Positions 33,554 to 47,205 of a DNA stretch of 64,000 bases are shown piece after piece. The translations under genes were made by a program, and so were the position numbers. Where the stretch lies: contig BCKQ01000004.1 in NCBI GenBank assembly GCA_001600695.1, positions 101,421 to 165,420 on the forward strand, in the 5' to 3' direction. The notes beneath the pieces were generated by a model, which was not told where the DNA came from, did not search any database, and saw only the letters and a program-made list of their open reading frames with translations. Origin of the DNA: Ascoidea asiatica JCM 7603 (taxonomy: Eukaryota > Fungi > Ascomycota). The stretch's first letter is position 1. The number at the start of each line of letters is the position of its first letter.

Positions 33554-36082
33554 TCATAATTTATCATAATATTCTTCATAACCAGGAACTTCTGGTTTTT
33601 GACCATGACGCTTTCTAGCATTAAGAACAATAAGACCAGATTTGGTAGTAGGATCAGTTGGATCATCATTAATAGCATCCCAATGAGAGAAACCCATACT
33701 TGGGAAAGCTTGACCAGAAGTAGCTTGACGAAGTTCACCATTGAAACCAAAAGATTCATTAAGTGGTAAGTATGCTTTAATTGTGAATAATGCAGTACCA
33801 GGTCTTTGTTCTTCAGATATAACTTGACCTCTCTTTTTATTAAGAACAGAATAAATACCACCAATAGAGTTTTCAGGACATTGAATTTCAACAAGGAAAA
33901 TTGGTTCTTGAAGTCTTGGTTTAGCTAATAAGAAACCAGCATAAGTTGCTCTTCTCATTGTTGGCATAATTTGACCAGCACCTCTATGGATAGCATCAGC
34001 ATGTAAGGTAACATCTAAAATATTAACTCTAACACCTCTCATGTTTTCTTCCATTAATGGACCACTCTTAGTAGACCAGAAGAAACCAGCAACGACTGAA
34101 TCCTTGATTTCATGTAAATATTGTACAGCTTTAGTTTGATCAACAACAACATTTGGACCATTACCATCTGGGCCGAAACACCAGATTTTTCTTGCATCAG
34201 TAACATCCCAGCCAAAGTCATCAGCCATAACACGAGCTCTCTTCTTGAAATCATCTTTTGGATCAATAGTACCACTTTCAATGGCAAGCGAACATTCTTC
34301 AGTCATTGTGGTTGCTTTTAAGAAAATTCTGTTATGCTTATTTGGAGATTTAGCTAAAGAAACAATTGAAGATTCAGTAGAAACAGTTTCTCTATAAGAA
34401 ACAATTGGAGGAGATTTTCTAATTGGAACACCAGCATGATCATTTTCTAAATCAGATAAACAAATTTCTAAATGTAATTCACCTGTACCTGCAACAATAT
34501 GTTCACCAGACTCTGATAAATATGTTAAGACACAAGGATCAGATTTTGATAATCTTTTTAAACCTTCAACTAATTTTGGTAAATCATTAGCATTTTTAAC
34601 TTCAACTGCAACTTGAACAACAGGGGAAACGGAGAATTTCATGACTTTCAAATTATAAGCAGTTTCACAGGTAGTTAAAGTACCAGATTTTAATAAAAAT
34701 TGATCAATACCAACTAAACCACAAATGTTACCAGCTGGAACATCATCAATTGGCTCAACGAATCTTCCCATCATTAAAACAGTTCTTTGAATAGCTTTAA
34801 TAAATAAATCATCTTTTTTACCTGGAACATAATTTGGACCTTGGATTCTAACTTTTTGACCAGATTTTACAGTACCGGCAAAAACACGACCGAATGCATA
34901 AAATCTACCTTTATCTGATGTAGGTACCATTTTAGATACATATAACATAAGATCAGCAGTTGGATCACAATTTTTAATGGCAATAAAATTAGCATCATCG
35001 GATGGACCTTCATAAAGAGTATCAGCTCTATAATATTGAGCTGTAACAGGTGATGGTAAATGTATAACAATCATTTCTAATAAAGCATCAGCAGCAGGTA
35101 AAAATTTTCTCATAACAACTTTTAATAAAGCTTTACCTTCTAATTCTTTTTCATCACCTTTTAGGACAATATCTAATTTACTTAATAAAACTGGAATTTG
35201 ATCTTTTTTGAAATTCATAATTGCAGCGAAAATCTTGAAGATTGGATCTAAAACGAACATATTAAAAGCTCTTTCTAATGGTTTACCTTTAGCATCTTTT
35301 GATTTGGAAGTCCATTTTTTAGTTTTTGGATTAAAATAAGAGTCACCCCAAAGACGTTTCATCATCTTTAATCTATCTACACCGAATTTAGAAGAATATC
35401 TAGTAGCAAATTGACGAACAGTAAAAGCCCAACCATGTAAACCAGAACCGAAAGCTACTGTACCTAATTCAGGGTAAACTTGAACATCACCTAAAGATTC
35501 ATCAAGATAAGTAGAAATAATAACATTAACAGATTCAATAGTTCTTGAAAAGGATTGATATAAATCTTCTTTAGTAACTTGCAATTCTAATAAAGCACGA
35601 TCAACCTTGTTAATAATAACAACAGGTTTAATTCTTTCGCCTAAAGCTTGACGTAAAACAGTTTCAGTTTGAACACATACACCTTCAATACAATCAACAA
35701 CAACTAAAGCACCATCAGTAACACGTAAAGCAGCAGTAACTTCTGAAGAGAAATCAACGTGACCTGGTGAATCAATTAAATTTATTAAAAATTTATTACC
35801 ATCAGTTTTTTGTTTAATTTCTTTAACATCATCATCATCCATTTCAGAATATAAAGAAATGGCAGTAGACTTAATAGTAATACCTCTTTCTTGTTCATCT
35901 TTTCTAGTATCAGTAAAACGAGCTTCACCAGCTTTAGCGGCTGAAATAATACCAGCTCTTTGAACTAAAGAATCAGTTAAAGTTGATTTACCATGATCAA
36001 CATGGGCAATAACAGACATATTACGAACATTGGTGACCTTGTCCATAAGACCACGCATTTGATCAACAGTAAAATTAACCAT
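33554..36082 (-). CDS. EFT1: Translation elongation factor eEF2 (842 aa)
   Basis: [26 protein letters not shown]; diphthamide His699 in LHADAIHRG. Confidence 0.98.
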   Translation of the reverse strand: MVNFTVDQMRGLMDKVTNVRNMSVIAHVDHGKSTLTDSLVQRAGIISAAKAGEARFTDTRKDEQERGITIKSTAISLYSEMDDDDVKEIKQKTDGNKFLINLIDSPGHVDFSSEVTAALRVTDGALVVVDCIEGVCVQTETVLRQALGERIKPVVIINKVDRALLELQVTKEDLYQSFSRTIESVNVIISTYLDESLGDVQVYPELGTVAFGSGLHGWAFTVRQFATRYSSKFGVDRLKMMKRLWGDSYFNPKTKKWTSKSKDAKGKPLERAFNMFVLDPIFKIFAAIMNFKKDQIPVLLSKLDIVLKGDEKELEGKALLKVVMRKFLPAADALLEMIVIHLPSPVTAQYYRADTLYEGPSDDANFIAIKNCDPTADLMLYVSKMVPTSDKGRFYAFGRVFAGTVKSGQKVRIQGPNYVPGKKDDLFIKAIQRTVLMMGRFVEPIDDVPAGNICGLVGIDQFLLKSGTLTTCETAYNLKVMKFSVSPVVQVAVEVKNANDLPKLVEGLKRLSKSDPCVLTYLSESGEHIVAGTGELHLEICLSDLENDHAGVPIRKSPPIVSYRETVSTESSIVSLAKSPNKHNRIFLKATTMTEECSLAIESGTIDPKDDFKKRARVMADDFGWDVTDARKIWCFGPDGNGPNVVVDQTKAVQYLHEIKDSVVAGFFWSTKSGPLMEENMRGVRVNILDVTLHADAIHRGAGQIMPTMRRATYAGFLLAKPRLQEPIFLVEIQCPENSIGGIYSVLNKKRGQVISEEQRPGTALFTIKAYLPLNESFGFNGELRQATSGQAFPSMGFSHWDAINDDPTDPTTKSGLIVLNARKRHGQKPEVPGYEEYYDKL

Positions 36083-36437
36083 CTTGACTTGTAAATATTC
36101 TTTTTAACAATTTTAATTATTAGATTTAAGTTTGATGGATATATTGGTTATTCCAGATTCAAATTGAAAAAAGATTTGTATATATTAACCGTAAGAAGTT
36201 ATTATATAAAAAATATAAATATATAAAAAAGTGGATTAGAAGTTGTTTAAATGAAAAATTGCCTGAAAAAAAAATTTTAACGTTGAAGAAACTGAGTATG
36301 GTAAGTATAAAAAAAAAACAAGGAATAAAGAGACAAGATTTTAAGAATTTGTCCAATGCTTGCCACGTTGAACAAGAGCAATTGAGTTTCAAGAAAAAGC
36401 AGCACTTCCGGCTTTGCGTGTAGTTTTCAGTACGTAG

Positions 36438-36688
36438 TGAAAATTTTTTTGGTGGAATTTTTATGTGAAAATGCCTGGTTTGTTGATTAAACGCAATGTT
36501 GCACGTGATTTAAATACTGAAATTTACACGCAAGAGCATATTTCATAGCCTTAAATGACCGAGGGTATTGTGCGTTTACATCCAATTTCGAGGTATGTGT
36601 TAGCGTTTAAAAAGTAATATATACCCGGAACTCAAATTACTAGAAATCACGTCCTGAATAATTGAAAGATAAACGTCCCTGCGATGAG
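36438..36688. promoter_or_regulatory. eEF2 upstream region with RRPE, E-box and PAC elements
   Basis: TGAAAATTTT at 36438-36447, CACGTGA at 36502-36508, GCGATGAG at 36681-36688. Confidence 0.55.
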
Positions 36689-36881
36689 GCGGATTTGCAC
36701 TATTTTATTGTGATGATTGTTGACCGTTAAAGTTACAAGAATATTTGATTGAAAAACTAAAAGATAAATAGTATGAATTATAAAATTAATTAGGAGCTTA
36801 TTACGGATATCAGATCTAGGTTAAATAACCTTATTGTTAGTTGTATTGAACCATATATTATATTAGCAGAATGTATTATTA

Positions 36882-39362
36882 TTAATTATCAGATCCAAAT
36901 GAATTGAATTGAATTAAAAATTTAAAACAATCATTCATTAATTCAGCTACTCCATTTTTTTCTGTTGCATATTTTGCTTGTATTTGATTTTGTAGTTTTA
37001 AAATACCTTCTTCTGCCACTATTTCCTGTAAAGAAGATAAAATTAAGGGATTAAACTCATTATACCACCTGTGATTCCATACAGAAAGTTTTACACAACC
37101 TTCAATAATTTTTTCAGTTAACATATTTTGTGCAGTACGTATTTGCTCTAAAGAGTTTCTGAGATTTATTTCTTGTTGTTTTTGATTTTGGATTTGAACT
37201 TGAGTTTTATTTTCAACTTCTGCATTTGCAGCATTCTCATTTTCACTTTCATTTTCATTTTCATTTTCATTTTCAAATTTTTGTTGTTTTTTGAATGATT
37301 GTAATTTTAATTGAATTTTTTGACTTTCTGCATTCAAGGTATCTTTTTCTTTTCTATAATGAATTAACAACTTTTTTGTTGCCTTTACAGAAAATCTTCC
37401 AGATAAAGCATGATTAAAGGCAGCAGCAGCTTCTTTATAATTATGCAATCTATAAGCAACCATACCTAATAGTTCCCATTCTAAAGTATTTTTTTTATAT
37501 AACATTCTTTGAGCTTGAAAATTAACAAATTCAGATTGCCACATTTTATAAACTTTTAAATCTTCATATAATAACATAAATAATTTATCTAACCATCTTT
37601 CACATAATCTTTTTTTTTTAAATGCTTCTAAAATATTACTTTCTTCATCAAGACTAATTCTTGTAGAATTATTTTCAGGAGAAGTAATTGTACCATTAAT
37701 ATATGGGTCTTGAATATCACTTTCAATTTTACTTGAATTTAAATTATTAGAATTAATTTTTGAAGTATCATTTGAATTTAAACTTAATTGAGATTCTTTT
37801 TGTTTTAAAATTTCATTTTCATTAGCAATTTCACTAGGAATTTCAATTGAATTTTTATTAGAATCTTCAATTAATTTTTCATTAATATTACCATTTTGAT
37901 TATCGATTTTTTTATTTTTTAATTTTTTATTTGATTTTTCATTCAATTTAATTGATTGTTTTGATAAACGTGTTGAATTTACAAAACTATTTCTATTACT
38001 TGATAAAGTTGTAGAAGAAGCAATTTTATCTTTTCTATATTCTTCTTCCATAACAAAAACCTTAGCTCTATATTTTAATAGTTGTTCCCAACCAATTTTA
38101 TGAACAATTTGAGTTAATAAACTATAAGCTTTTAAAAACGTTTGACTTAAAGTTGAAGCAGGTAAATTTAAAAGAGAAGGATCAATAGATTCATGTTCTA
38201 TAGCAACATCTTGAGCATTCAAAGAAGATACATCATCAAGAAAAACATCATTTGGTAAAGGTAAATGCATCATTTCTGGAGAAGTTGTTACAACTCTTCT
38301 TAAACGAAAATCTACTTTATGAGATATTATTGGACAAGAATTTAAAGTTAATAAAGCATTTTCATAATCACCTAAATGAATATAAACATTTACAAGAGTT
38401 GACCAAGTATTAAATTCAGAAGGAGAAGATTTAACGGCATGAATTGCAGAAGATAAAGCAAAATCATATCTTTCTTTTTTCAAACAATAGTTTGCTTGAA
38501 TAATTAATAGACTTGAATCTCTTGGCTTTTGTTTAATACCATTATAAATTAAGTTAACCGCAGTGATTTCTTCCCCTTTTAATAATAATAATTTTGAGAT
38601 TAAATTTATAATTGATTGATCTTTTTCTAATAATCTATAAAGAATTTGTAAAGCTTTATTAAATGAATTTGTTAATTGAACAACATTTAAAAAAGTATCA
38701 ACTAAATAATTATTTGTATAAGTTGGAATTTGTGTATTAATATTTGAGCCTAATTTTGGAGCATCAAAAAACAAAGATTCAAAAGCTTTAAAAAAAAGAT
38801 CCAAAGATTGAATTGAATTGAAAGGATTTAAATGTCTACATTCAACAACAGGATTAATATCATCATCATTATTATAATCAATCGAAGATAAAATTGAACG
38901 CATAATTGAAGAAAGATAAGTTTCATACCATAATTTTTCAGATTCTTTCAATTTTTCACCTTTTGTATCTAAAATTATTATATCAGATTTACCAGGATAA
39001 TGAATATTAACGCGAATATCATTTTTTGAAAAAGCATTATAACAAGAGTAAGTTGCAGATAAAATTTTGAAATTTTTTTGTTTACCAAACCAAATTTGAG
39101 GAATTTCACCAATAATATTCGCAATTGAATTTAAATGAGCAGCAATTGAAGCGGAATTTGAAGTATCAACACCAGTATAATATAAAAAGGTACTAATTTC
39201 AGATTTTGAATAATTTGAGGAAGGAATATGTTTAATTATATGAACTAAATCTGGGGGACCTAAATCCGATATAGATTTTAAACGATTAAGTCTTTCATCT
39301 AAACATTGACCAGGAGTATCTTCTTTAACTTCAGGAATTGAAGATTGATTTACAACTACCAT
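36882..39362 (-). CDS. BCH1: Exomer cargo adaptor, ChAPs family (Bch1/Bud7-like)
   Basis: SIPEVKE...LGPPDLVH, TYSCYNAFSK.D, ENALLTLNSCP, VFVMEEEYR, KRLCERWLD.LF..LYEDL, WNHRWY.EF. Confidence 0.9.
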   Translation of the reverse strand: MVVVNQSSIPEVKEDTPGQCLDERLNRLKSISDLGPPDLVHIIKHIPSSNYSKSEISTFLYYTGVDTSNSASIAAHLNSIANIIGEIPQIWFGKQKNFKILSATYSCYNAFSKNDIRVNIHYPGKSDIIILDTKGEKLKESEKLWYETYLSSIMRSILSSIDYNNDDDINPVVECRHLNPFNSIQSLDLFFKAFESLFFDAPKLGSNINTQIPTYTNNYLVDTFLNVVQLTNSFNKALQILYRLLEKDQSIINLISKLLLLKGEEITAVNLIYNGIKQKPRDSSLLIIQANYCLKKERYDFALSSAIHAVKSSPSEFNTWSTLVNVYIHLGDYENALLTLNSCPIISHKVDFRLRRVVTTSPEMMHLPLPNDVFLDDVSSLNAQDVAIEHESIDPSLLNLPASTLSQTFLKAYSLLTQIVHKIGWEQLLKYRAKVFVMEEEYRKDKIASSTTLSSNRNSFVNSTRLSKQSIKLNEKSNKKLKNKKIDNQNGNINEKLIEDSNKNSIEIPSEIANENEILKQKESQLSLNSNDTSKINSNNLNSSKIESDIQDPYINGTITSPENNSTRISLDEESNILEAFKKKRLCERWLDKLFMLLYEDLKVYKMWQSEFVNFQAQRMLYKKNTLEWELLGMVAYRLHNYKEAAAAFNHALSGRFSVKATKKLLIHYRKEKDTLNAESQKIQLKLQSFKKQQKFENENENENESENENAANAEVENKTQVQIQNQKQQEINLRNSLEQIRTAQNMLTEKIIEGCVKLSVWNHRWYNEFNPLILSSLQEIVAEEGILKLQNQIQAKYATEKNGVAELMNDCFKFLIQFNSFGSDN

Positions 39363-39579
39363 TATAATAATGGAGTATAGTCAGAAATATAATTAGGGAT
39401 AGGAAATAGAGAATGTGTCCTATTATGTTCTATTAGGGTATGGATTCTATGAAAAAATTTTCAGACTTTAAAATGAATTGAAGATGAATATAATAAATTG
39501 AAATATAATTTAAATTACAAGTAAAAGTAAACTTGATAATGATAATAATAATTTTAATATATTGATAAATCTAAGATTT

Positions 39580-40070
39580 ACCTAGTGCATGAGAGAGGTG
39601 TTTGTTGGCGGTGGTGGTGGAGATGAAGAAGGAGGAACTGGCGTGCATTGGATTATACCGTATTATTATTGTAATGTATTGAGCTAGCGCACTAAATAAA
39701 ATACTTTATGGAATGGGTTCCGTATTACCAGTACCAGTGCCGTTAGCGTTAACGTTACTGTTGAGTTATTCAATTATTACACTTCAGCACTTCAGCACTT
39801 CTTCAATATCGCTGTTGTTTGTCTGTCCCTCACCACAACTTCAGAACTGCGCACCGCCACGTGATCTGCATTTGTGCTCTCGAGTGTCCGTGTCCTGCTG
39901 CACCAGCTGCGATTTGGTTTACTCTGATGCACCCATTTACGCTGCGCTGTGCTTGTTTCAGACTAATTGCGCATTGTTCCAAACCCAGCGTCCGCAATTC
40001 GTAGATTTCACTTTTGTTTTTTACTTTCGTTTTTCACTTTCACTTTTCCCTTTCACAATTCGGTGACTTT
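39580..40070. promoter_or_regulatory. GC-rich promoter island between divergent BCH1 and MOT1
   Basis: CACGTGA at ~39858, repeated GCGC and GCTGCG; flanked by AT-rich leaders. Confidence 0.6.
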
Positions 40071-40193
40071 TCAACAATATAAAAACCGGTGGAATTTCTG
40101 GCTTGCATTTTGCTTTTGATTTTATTTTTTTTAAATTTAAATTATTCTGCTCCTGTATTTTTATTTATAATTATATTCATATTGTCTCCTAGC

Positions 40194-40260
40194 ATATTAT
40201 ATTATATTATATTATATTATATCATATTATTATATTATTATATATTTATATATTTATATT
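40194..40260. repeat. (ATATT)n simple repeat
   Basis: Direct inspection. Confidence 0.85.
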
Positions 40261-40829
40261 GATCAATTCATATCTCGATCTTCATTTTTCATACTTATCC
40301 TCTTATACTCTATAGATAACTAAACTTGAATTTTATCTAATATTTCAAATAACATCAAATTATATCATTATCGTATATTAAATTATTACTTTCATCTTAC
40401 ACAATAGACCCTTTATAAATATTATGTATTACTAATTTATTCTCATATCCATTCAATTCTACTTTTTATTTCTTTCAATTCATTCCCATTCAATCAATTT
40501 CACTTAAATTGAATTTAACTCACAGTAATTTAAATCAAATCAAATCAATTCAACTCAACTTACTTAATTAATTCAATTCTATCATAGTAGTAGTACAATT
40601 AAAACAATTACACTTCAATCCGAGCTATCCCGACTTAATCCGATTCAATTATTTTCACTTTAAATTAATTTAAATATATTGGTTAAATTCAATTTATCAT
40701 TATTATAAATATTATTATAAATATTATTATTATCACTATTAGATTATTCTTTATGATTAAATTGAAATTTTCTACAAATTAGTTAAATTTACATTCAAAT
40801 TAAATCAAATAAATCAATATTAATAGAAA

Positions 40830-41786
40830 ATGTCAAGACTTGATCGATTAGTCTTATTATTAGATAATGGGTCTACAAATTTCATAAGAAATACTGCTGC
40901 TGATCAATTAGCTGATACCGCTAAACATCATTCCGAAAATATTATTGATATTCTTGGTAGAGTTTATCCTTATTTAAAGTCAAAAAAATGGGATACAAGA
41001 GTTGCCGCTGCTAGAGCCTTTGGTGGTATAGTTTCTAATGCAGATGTTTGGGATCCAAATTCTACTGACTCAATTAAATCGGAACCAAATGATAATCTTG
41101 ATGGTAACAATAATAAAAATGATACCAAATATAAACCCTCATTAATATCAAAATATGATGATTTTATATCTTTTGATAAACTTATTTTGAAGAATATATT
41201 TAATTCTGGAAATACTTTTAATAAAGGTGATTATAACATCATTAATAATAATATTAATGCAATCAACGACAATGACACTAATGAAACTATTGAATCAAAT
41301 GATTCCAGTGATAATCATAATTTTGATCATATCAAAAAGCAAAAAATTCATCTACTTGCAAAATTAGGGTTAAATTTAAATAATAATTCTACCAATGATT
41401 TAAATACAACCAAATCTTCCGCATCTTTATCTTCTGTTTCATCTTCTTCCTCGTCCTCATCATCATCGTCTTCTTCCTCTTTTCATAAAAATAATAATTA
41501 TAACAACAATAATAAAAATAAAAAATCTAATATTAGTAGCTTAAATAAAAATACAATGAATAATCGAAATTTAAACAAAAGAAATTCTAATGTAATCAAT
41601 GATTCATCAAAATCTTTAAATTCTAAATTAACTAAATCTAATGCAAGATTAAATGCAATGGCGAGAAGGAGAGCAAAAGTTGTTGCAAAACATGGTCCTA
41701 TTTCTTCTTCTCTAATAGATTTATCTCATTCCTCAATATCGAGAGAAATGGCCCACAATAATAGTAGTAGTAATAACATTGGTTAT

Positions 41787-41830
<44 letters not shown>

Positions 41831-44800
41831 TAATAATCAAAATCATAATCAAAACCAAAACCAAAACCAAAATCTGAATTCAACTATAAAGCAAGAAAAT
41901 GATTCAAATCTTGATATCAGTAATAATATAAATAATAATAGCAATAAAAATAATAATAACAATAATACAATTAGTAATATTAAAATGAAAGTGAAAATAA
42001 CTGAACAAGCAAATAGTGAAAAGTTAGTTTTAGAGTCTCAAGTACCTGATATACCACCATTAATCTCACAATCTCAACATTCAAAATTTGCTGATTTTAT
42101 TTGGCCCTTTCAAGGTGTTTATGAGCTACTATTATTAGAACTTTTTGATCAATGTTGGGAAGTTAGACATGGTGCTGCTCTCGGTTTAAGAGAATTAATT
42201 AAAAAACATGCAAAAGCTGCTGGTAGAGTTAAAGATAAATCTAAAATTGAAAATGATTTCTATAATAATCTAATTTTGGAGGATTTAGCTTGTCGTATAA
42301 TCATTATTTTTACAATTGATAGATTTGCTGATTATGTATCTGATTCTGTTATTGCTCCTGTTAGAGAATCTTCTGCTCAAATTTTAGCCGCTTTATTAAT
42401 CCATCTTAATAATAATGATGATTTAACTTTGAAAATTTTTAATTGTTTAATAAAATTAATACTTCAAGATCAAAACGAAACTGGTTTATCAATGCCATGT
42501 TGGGATGCAAGTCATGGTGGTATGTTGGGTTTAAAATATTTCGTTAATATTAGAACTGATATTTTATTTAAAAAGCCAGAACTATTTTTAGATAAAATTT
42601 TAGATATTGTATTATATGGCCTTAAAGAAACTGATGATGATGTTCAATCTGTTGCTGCTGCAACTTTAACTCCAATTGCTTCTGAATTCCTTAAATTAAA
42701 ACCTAATTCAATTCAATTATTATTACCTATAATATGGGATTGTTTAATAAATCTTAAAGATGATTTATCTTCTTCAATAGGTTCTGTTATGGATTTACTA
42801 GCAAAACTATGTCTTGATGAAAAAGTTTTGAAATTCATGGAATCTAATTCTGATAACAATTATTTCAATTTTGAAATTCTTATTCCAAGATTATATCCTT
42901 TTTTAAGACATTCAATATCAAATGTTAGAAAGTCAGTTCTTAACACCTTAATGTCTTTTTTAACAATATCTCATCCTGATCCTATCAAAAATAGAAAAAT
43001 TAAAGCTTGGCTTAATGGTAAATTCCTAAGATTAATATTTCAAAATATTTTAGTCGAACAAAATTTACAAGTTCTTGAATTATCTAAATTATTATATAAA
43101 AAGTCTTTAGTTGAAATACAAACTTTAGATCATAATAATTCTGAAAATTTAGTTGAAACTTTATTTAATACACATGCAAATTCTTTATTAAAATTACTAA
43201 TGACCCCTATTGGAATTGCAAGAAATCATTTTACAATGGATACGTCTTTGATAATGCGTCCATCTGGAATAATGCTTTCCACATCTTTAGCTCAATCATA
43301 TGGGAATTCTTTAGATCAAAAAAATGATAAATTCGATGACAAAAAATCTATTAATAGCAATTGCATTCCTCAAAGGCGTGGAAGGAAACGAAAGACACCA
43401 GTAAGTGATAAATCTTCTATTCCAGAAAAATGTGATAATCATATAAATATTGATGCTCCAATAATCAATGGTGATATAACTTTATTAGGAGAAGAAATTT
43501 TAATCAAAACTAGAATGGAGGCAGCTGAGGCTTTCGCATTTTCAATTTCATATTATCGCCCTGATTCTGATTCGTTAAATCAAATTTTAAATCTTATTTT
43601 AAAGGAATATTTGAATTCCAAGTTTTCCTCACCAAAAATATTTTCGGGAATTATTATTGAAGAATTTTGCAAAGCTATAAACTCAAATAATATTAATTCG
43701 TATGCTCCTTTGATAAGCTCTTTTAATTATGAATTCTTGAAATTCCTTCAATTCCCTTCTAAACTTCCTCTATACTCGGAATTGGTTCCGAAGTTGAAGG
43801 GACTTAGAGGTCAATGTATATCACTATTCAATATTTTCACTGAGAAAGGAAAAATAAATCCTGGGAAAATGCCTATTATTCCGGTTGTAGTTCAAGGGGA
43901 AAAAGAAGCAGGTTCAAATGCATTTTCAATTGAATTAGCAGAAAAAATTGTTAATGTTTATTATCCAAAACTATTTAAATCATTGAATCCAATGTATCGA
44001 ATACAGGCGTCTCAGTCGTTGGAAGATACTAAATTTATGATTCAAAATGCAATTGATGATTGCAAAAAGAGTGTTAATCAAAGAAATACTACCGTCCTTT
44101 CTTCTTTTGCGGCAGCCGCATTAAATGCTGAATCTAAGCTACCAAAAAAATTGAATCCACTAATACATGCTCTTATGGACAGTATAAAGTCAGAATCCCA
44201 TCATATTTATCAGTCAAGAACTGCTAATACTGTTGCCAAATTTGTTTCCACTCTCCATTTATTAGGTAAAACTAATGTTTCAGATAAAATTTTGAAGAAT
44301 TTGTCAGCTTTTCTATGTTGTGATACTTCTGAGGTCCCAGAATTTGAACCTAATAAATCATTTACTAAAAATATTCTTTCATTAAGAAAGGAAGAAGCAA
44401 AAACTGATCCTGTGGATATTGTAGAACATGAGAAAGCTGCTTATGCTGCTAAAGTAAAAAGACAGGGAGCGAAATTTGCTTTAGAGAGTATCCTTGAACT
44501 TTTTGGGGATGAGTTATTCACAACGTCTCCAAAACTTAAGGATATAATATTAAAACCTTTGTCTTATTTGTCAACTAATTCACCTCCAGTTAATTTTAAC
44601 GATGCTCGAGTATCTCAATCAATAATAGATTCTTTTGGTATTATTCGTTCTCTATTGCCTAATTTAACAGAAAATATTATAAATAATGAGATTGTTTCTG
44701 TTTTACCTCTTATATCTCAAGGATTGAAAGCACGTTATTCTGTATTTCGATATTCTGCTTCTAAGTGCTTTGCTTCATTATGTGCTATGATTCCTTCTAA

Positions 44801-46958
44801 AGCCGTACCATTTTTAGTCAGATCAATTCTTCCCTCACTCAAAAACTCTGGACTGATAACCGATAGGCAGGGAGCAATTGAATGTATTTATCATTTATCT
44901 AATACAATGGGAATGGACATTTTACCTTATTTGGTTTTTTTAATTGTTCCTGTAATGGGTAGGATGAGTGATTCTGATAATGACATCCGTCTACTTGCTA
45001 CTACAACATTTGCCTCTTTGATAAAACTAGTTCCTTTGGAAGCAGGTATCCCTGATCCTATAGATATGCCTAAGGATTTGCTAGAAGGAAGAGAAAGAGA
45101 AAGAGAATTTATTAAACAGATGATGGACCCTTCAAAAATTGATCCTTTCGTTTTACCTGTTGCAATAAAAGCAGAATTGAGACATTATCAGCAGGAAGGG
45201 TTAAATTGGTTGGCTTTTTTAAACAAATATCACTTACATGGTATTTTGTGTGATGATATGGGTCTAGGAAAAACTTTACAAACAATATGTATCGTTGCTA
45301 GTGATCATTATTTTAGAGAAAAAAAATTTGAAGAGACAAAAGCTGAGGAATATAGAAAATTACCATCTTTAGTTGTTTGTCCTCCGTCAGTTTTAGGCCA
45401 TTGGGAACAAGAAATAAAACAATACGCTCCATTCTTGACTGTTTTAGTGTATGCTGGAAATCCCCAAGCAAGAAGTGGTTTAACAAGCAAAATAGATAAA
45501 GTCGATATAGTTGTAACATCGTATGATGTTACCCGTAATGATTCTCAAATTCTTTCCGAGCATTGTTTCAATTATTGTATATTAGATGAAGGTCATTTGA
45601 TTAAAAATTCTACAACCAAATTAACCAAATCTGTGAAAATGATTGCAGCAGAGCATCGATTAATTTTATCAGGTACCCCAATACAGAATAATGTTTTAGA
45701 ATTATGGTCATTATTTGACTTTTTGATGCCAGGATTTCTTGGAACAGAAAAGGTATTCCAAGAAAAATTTTCTAAGCCAATTGCTGCAAGTAGAAACAGT
45801 AAGGCTTCTTCTAAAGATCAAGAAAGAGGAGCTTTAGCTATGGAAGCTTTACATAAACAAGTTTTGCCATTTATGCTCAGAAGATTGAAATCAGAAGTTC
45901 TTTCAGATCTTCCACCTAAAATTATTCAAGATCGTTATTGTGAACTAAGTGATTTACAAAAGGAATTATATAAGGACTTTTCTGCTACTCAAAAAAATAT
46001 TGTTGAAGAAGGTTTAAATAATACAGAAGAGCTTGAGTCAGGTAAGAAGACTCATATTTTCCAGGCATTGCAATACTTGCGAAAATTATGTAATCATCCA
46101 GCTTTAGTTTTGACGAAAGATCATCCAAAATATAAACAAATGGAATATTATCTAAAAGCAAAGAAAATGGATTTACATGATTTACGACATGCTCCTAAAT
46201 TAGTTGATTTACAAAACTTATTATTGGAGTGTGGAATTGGAACAACTCCTCTAAACAAGGGTATGCAAGAACAAGAATTGATAGCAGATGGAGTTATCAG
46301 TCCACATAGAGCTTTAATTTTCTGTCAATTGAAGGATATGTTGGATATGGTTGAGAATGATTTATTTAGAAAGTATATGCCTTCTGTTTCGTATATGAGG
46401 CTTGATGGTAGTACTGATCCTAGAGATAGACAAAAAATCGTCCAAAAGTTTAACTCTGATCCTTCTATAGATGTTCTTTTATTGACTACTAGAGTAGGTG
46501 GTCTTGGTTTGACACTTACTGGTGCAGATACAGTTATTTTTGTTGAACATGATTGGAATCCTATGAATGATTTACAAGCTATGGATAGAGCTCATAGATT
46601 AGGGCAAACCAGGACAGTCAATGTATTTAGATTGATTACTAAAAGTACATTAGAAGAAAAAATTATGTCTTTACAAAAATTTAAGGTGAATTTGGCATCT
46701 GCAATTGTAAATCAGCAGAATACAAATTTAACATCTATGGATACAAATCAATTATTGTCGTTGTTTGAGGTCGATGAATCACAAGCAGATGTTTCTGAAG
46801 TAAAAGATGAAAAAGATTTAGAATCTAAGACTGTAGAAGATGTTGCTTTAGGGGAGAAAGCAAATTCTGCTGCTCTCGGAGAACTAGCCGAATTATGGGA
46901 TGAATCTCAATATGAAGAAGAATATAATCTTGATACTTTCATAAAAACTCTTCGATAG
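40830..46958 (+). CDS. MOT1: TBP-associated Snf2-family ATPase Mot1, with poly-Ser and poly-Asn insertions
   Basis: SRLDRLV.LL, WEVRHGAALGLRE, GILCDDMGLGKTLQ, LDEGH, DWNPMNDLQAMDRAHRLGQ, LWDESQYEEEYNLD. Confidence 0.97.
41789..41872 (+). repeat. Coding (AAT)n and (CAAAAC)n repeats giving poly-N and (QN)n in Mot1
   Basis: INNNNNNNNNNNNNNNQNHNQNQNQNQN. Confidence 0.9.
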
Positions 46959-47205
46959 ACGTTCTTTTATTATATGTTTAATATGTTTATGTATATTATA
47001 CTAATTTTTTTTTCAAAAAAATTCACTTTTGTTATTATTTGGGTAGGCTTAGGTATATATGTTAGTTTATATGAAAAAAATATATTTTTTTTTAATTTTA
47101 ATCGAATTGTTTTCATAAAATTGTTTTATTGTATCTCTTATAAAGGATTCAGATAATTTTTTGAAGTATTTGTAAAATTTGGCGTTATTCAAATTACACC
47201 ATTAA

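Noticed and set aside
33490-35070. Alternative-frame and antisense ORFs within eEF2 (also within RPB2, MTR10, AIP5, IFM1 and ALG6)
   Set aside because: Shadow ORFs produced by biased codon usage of the real genes
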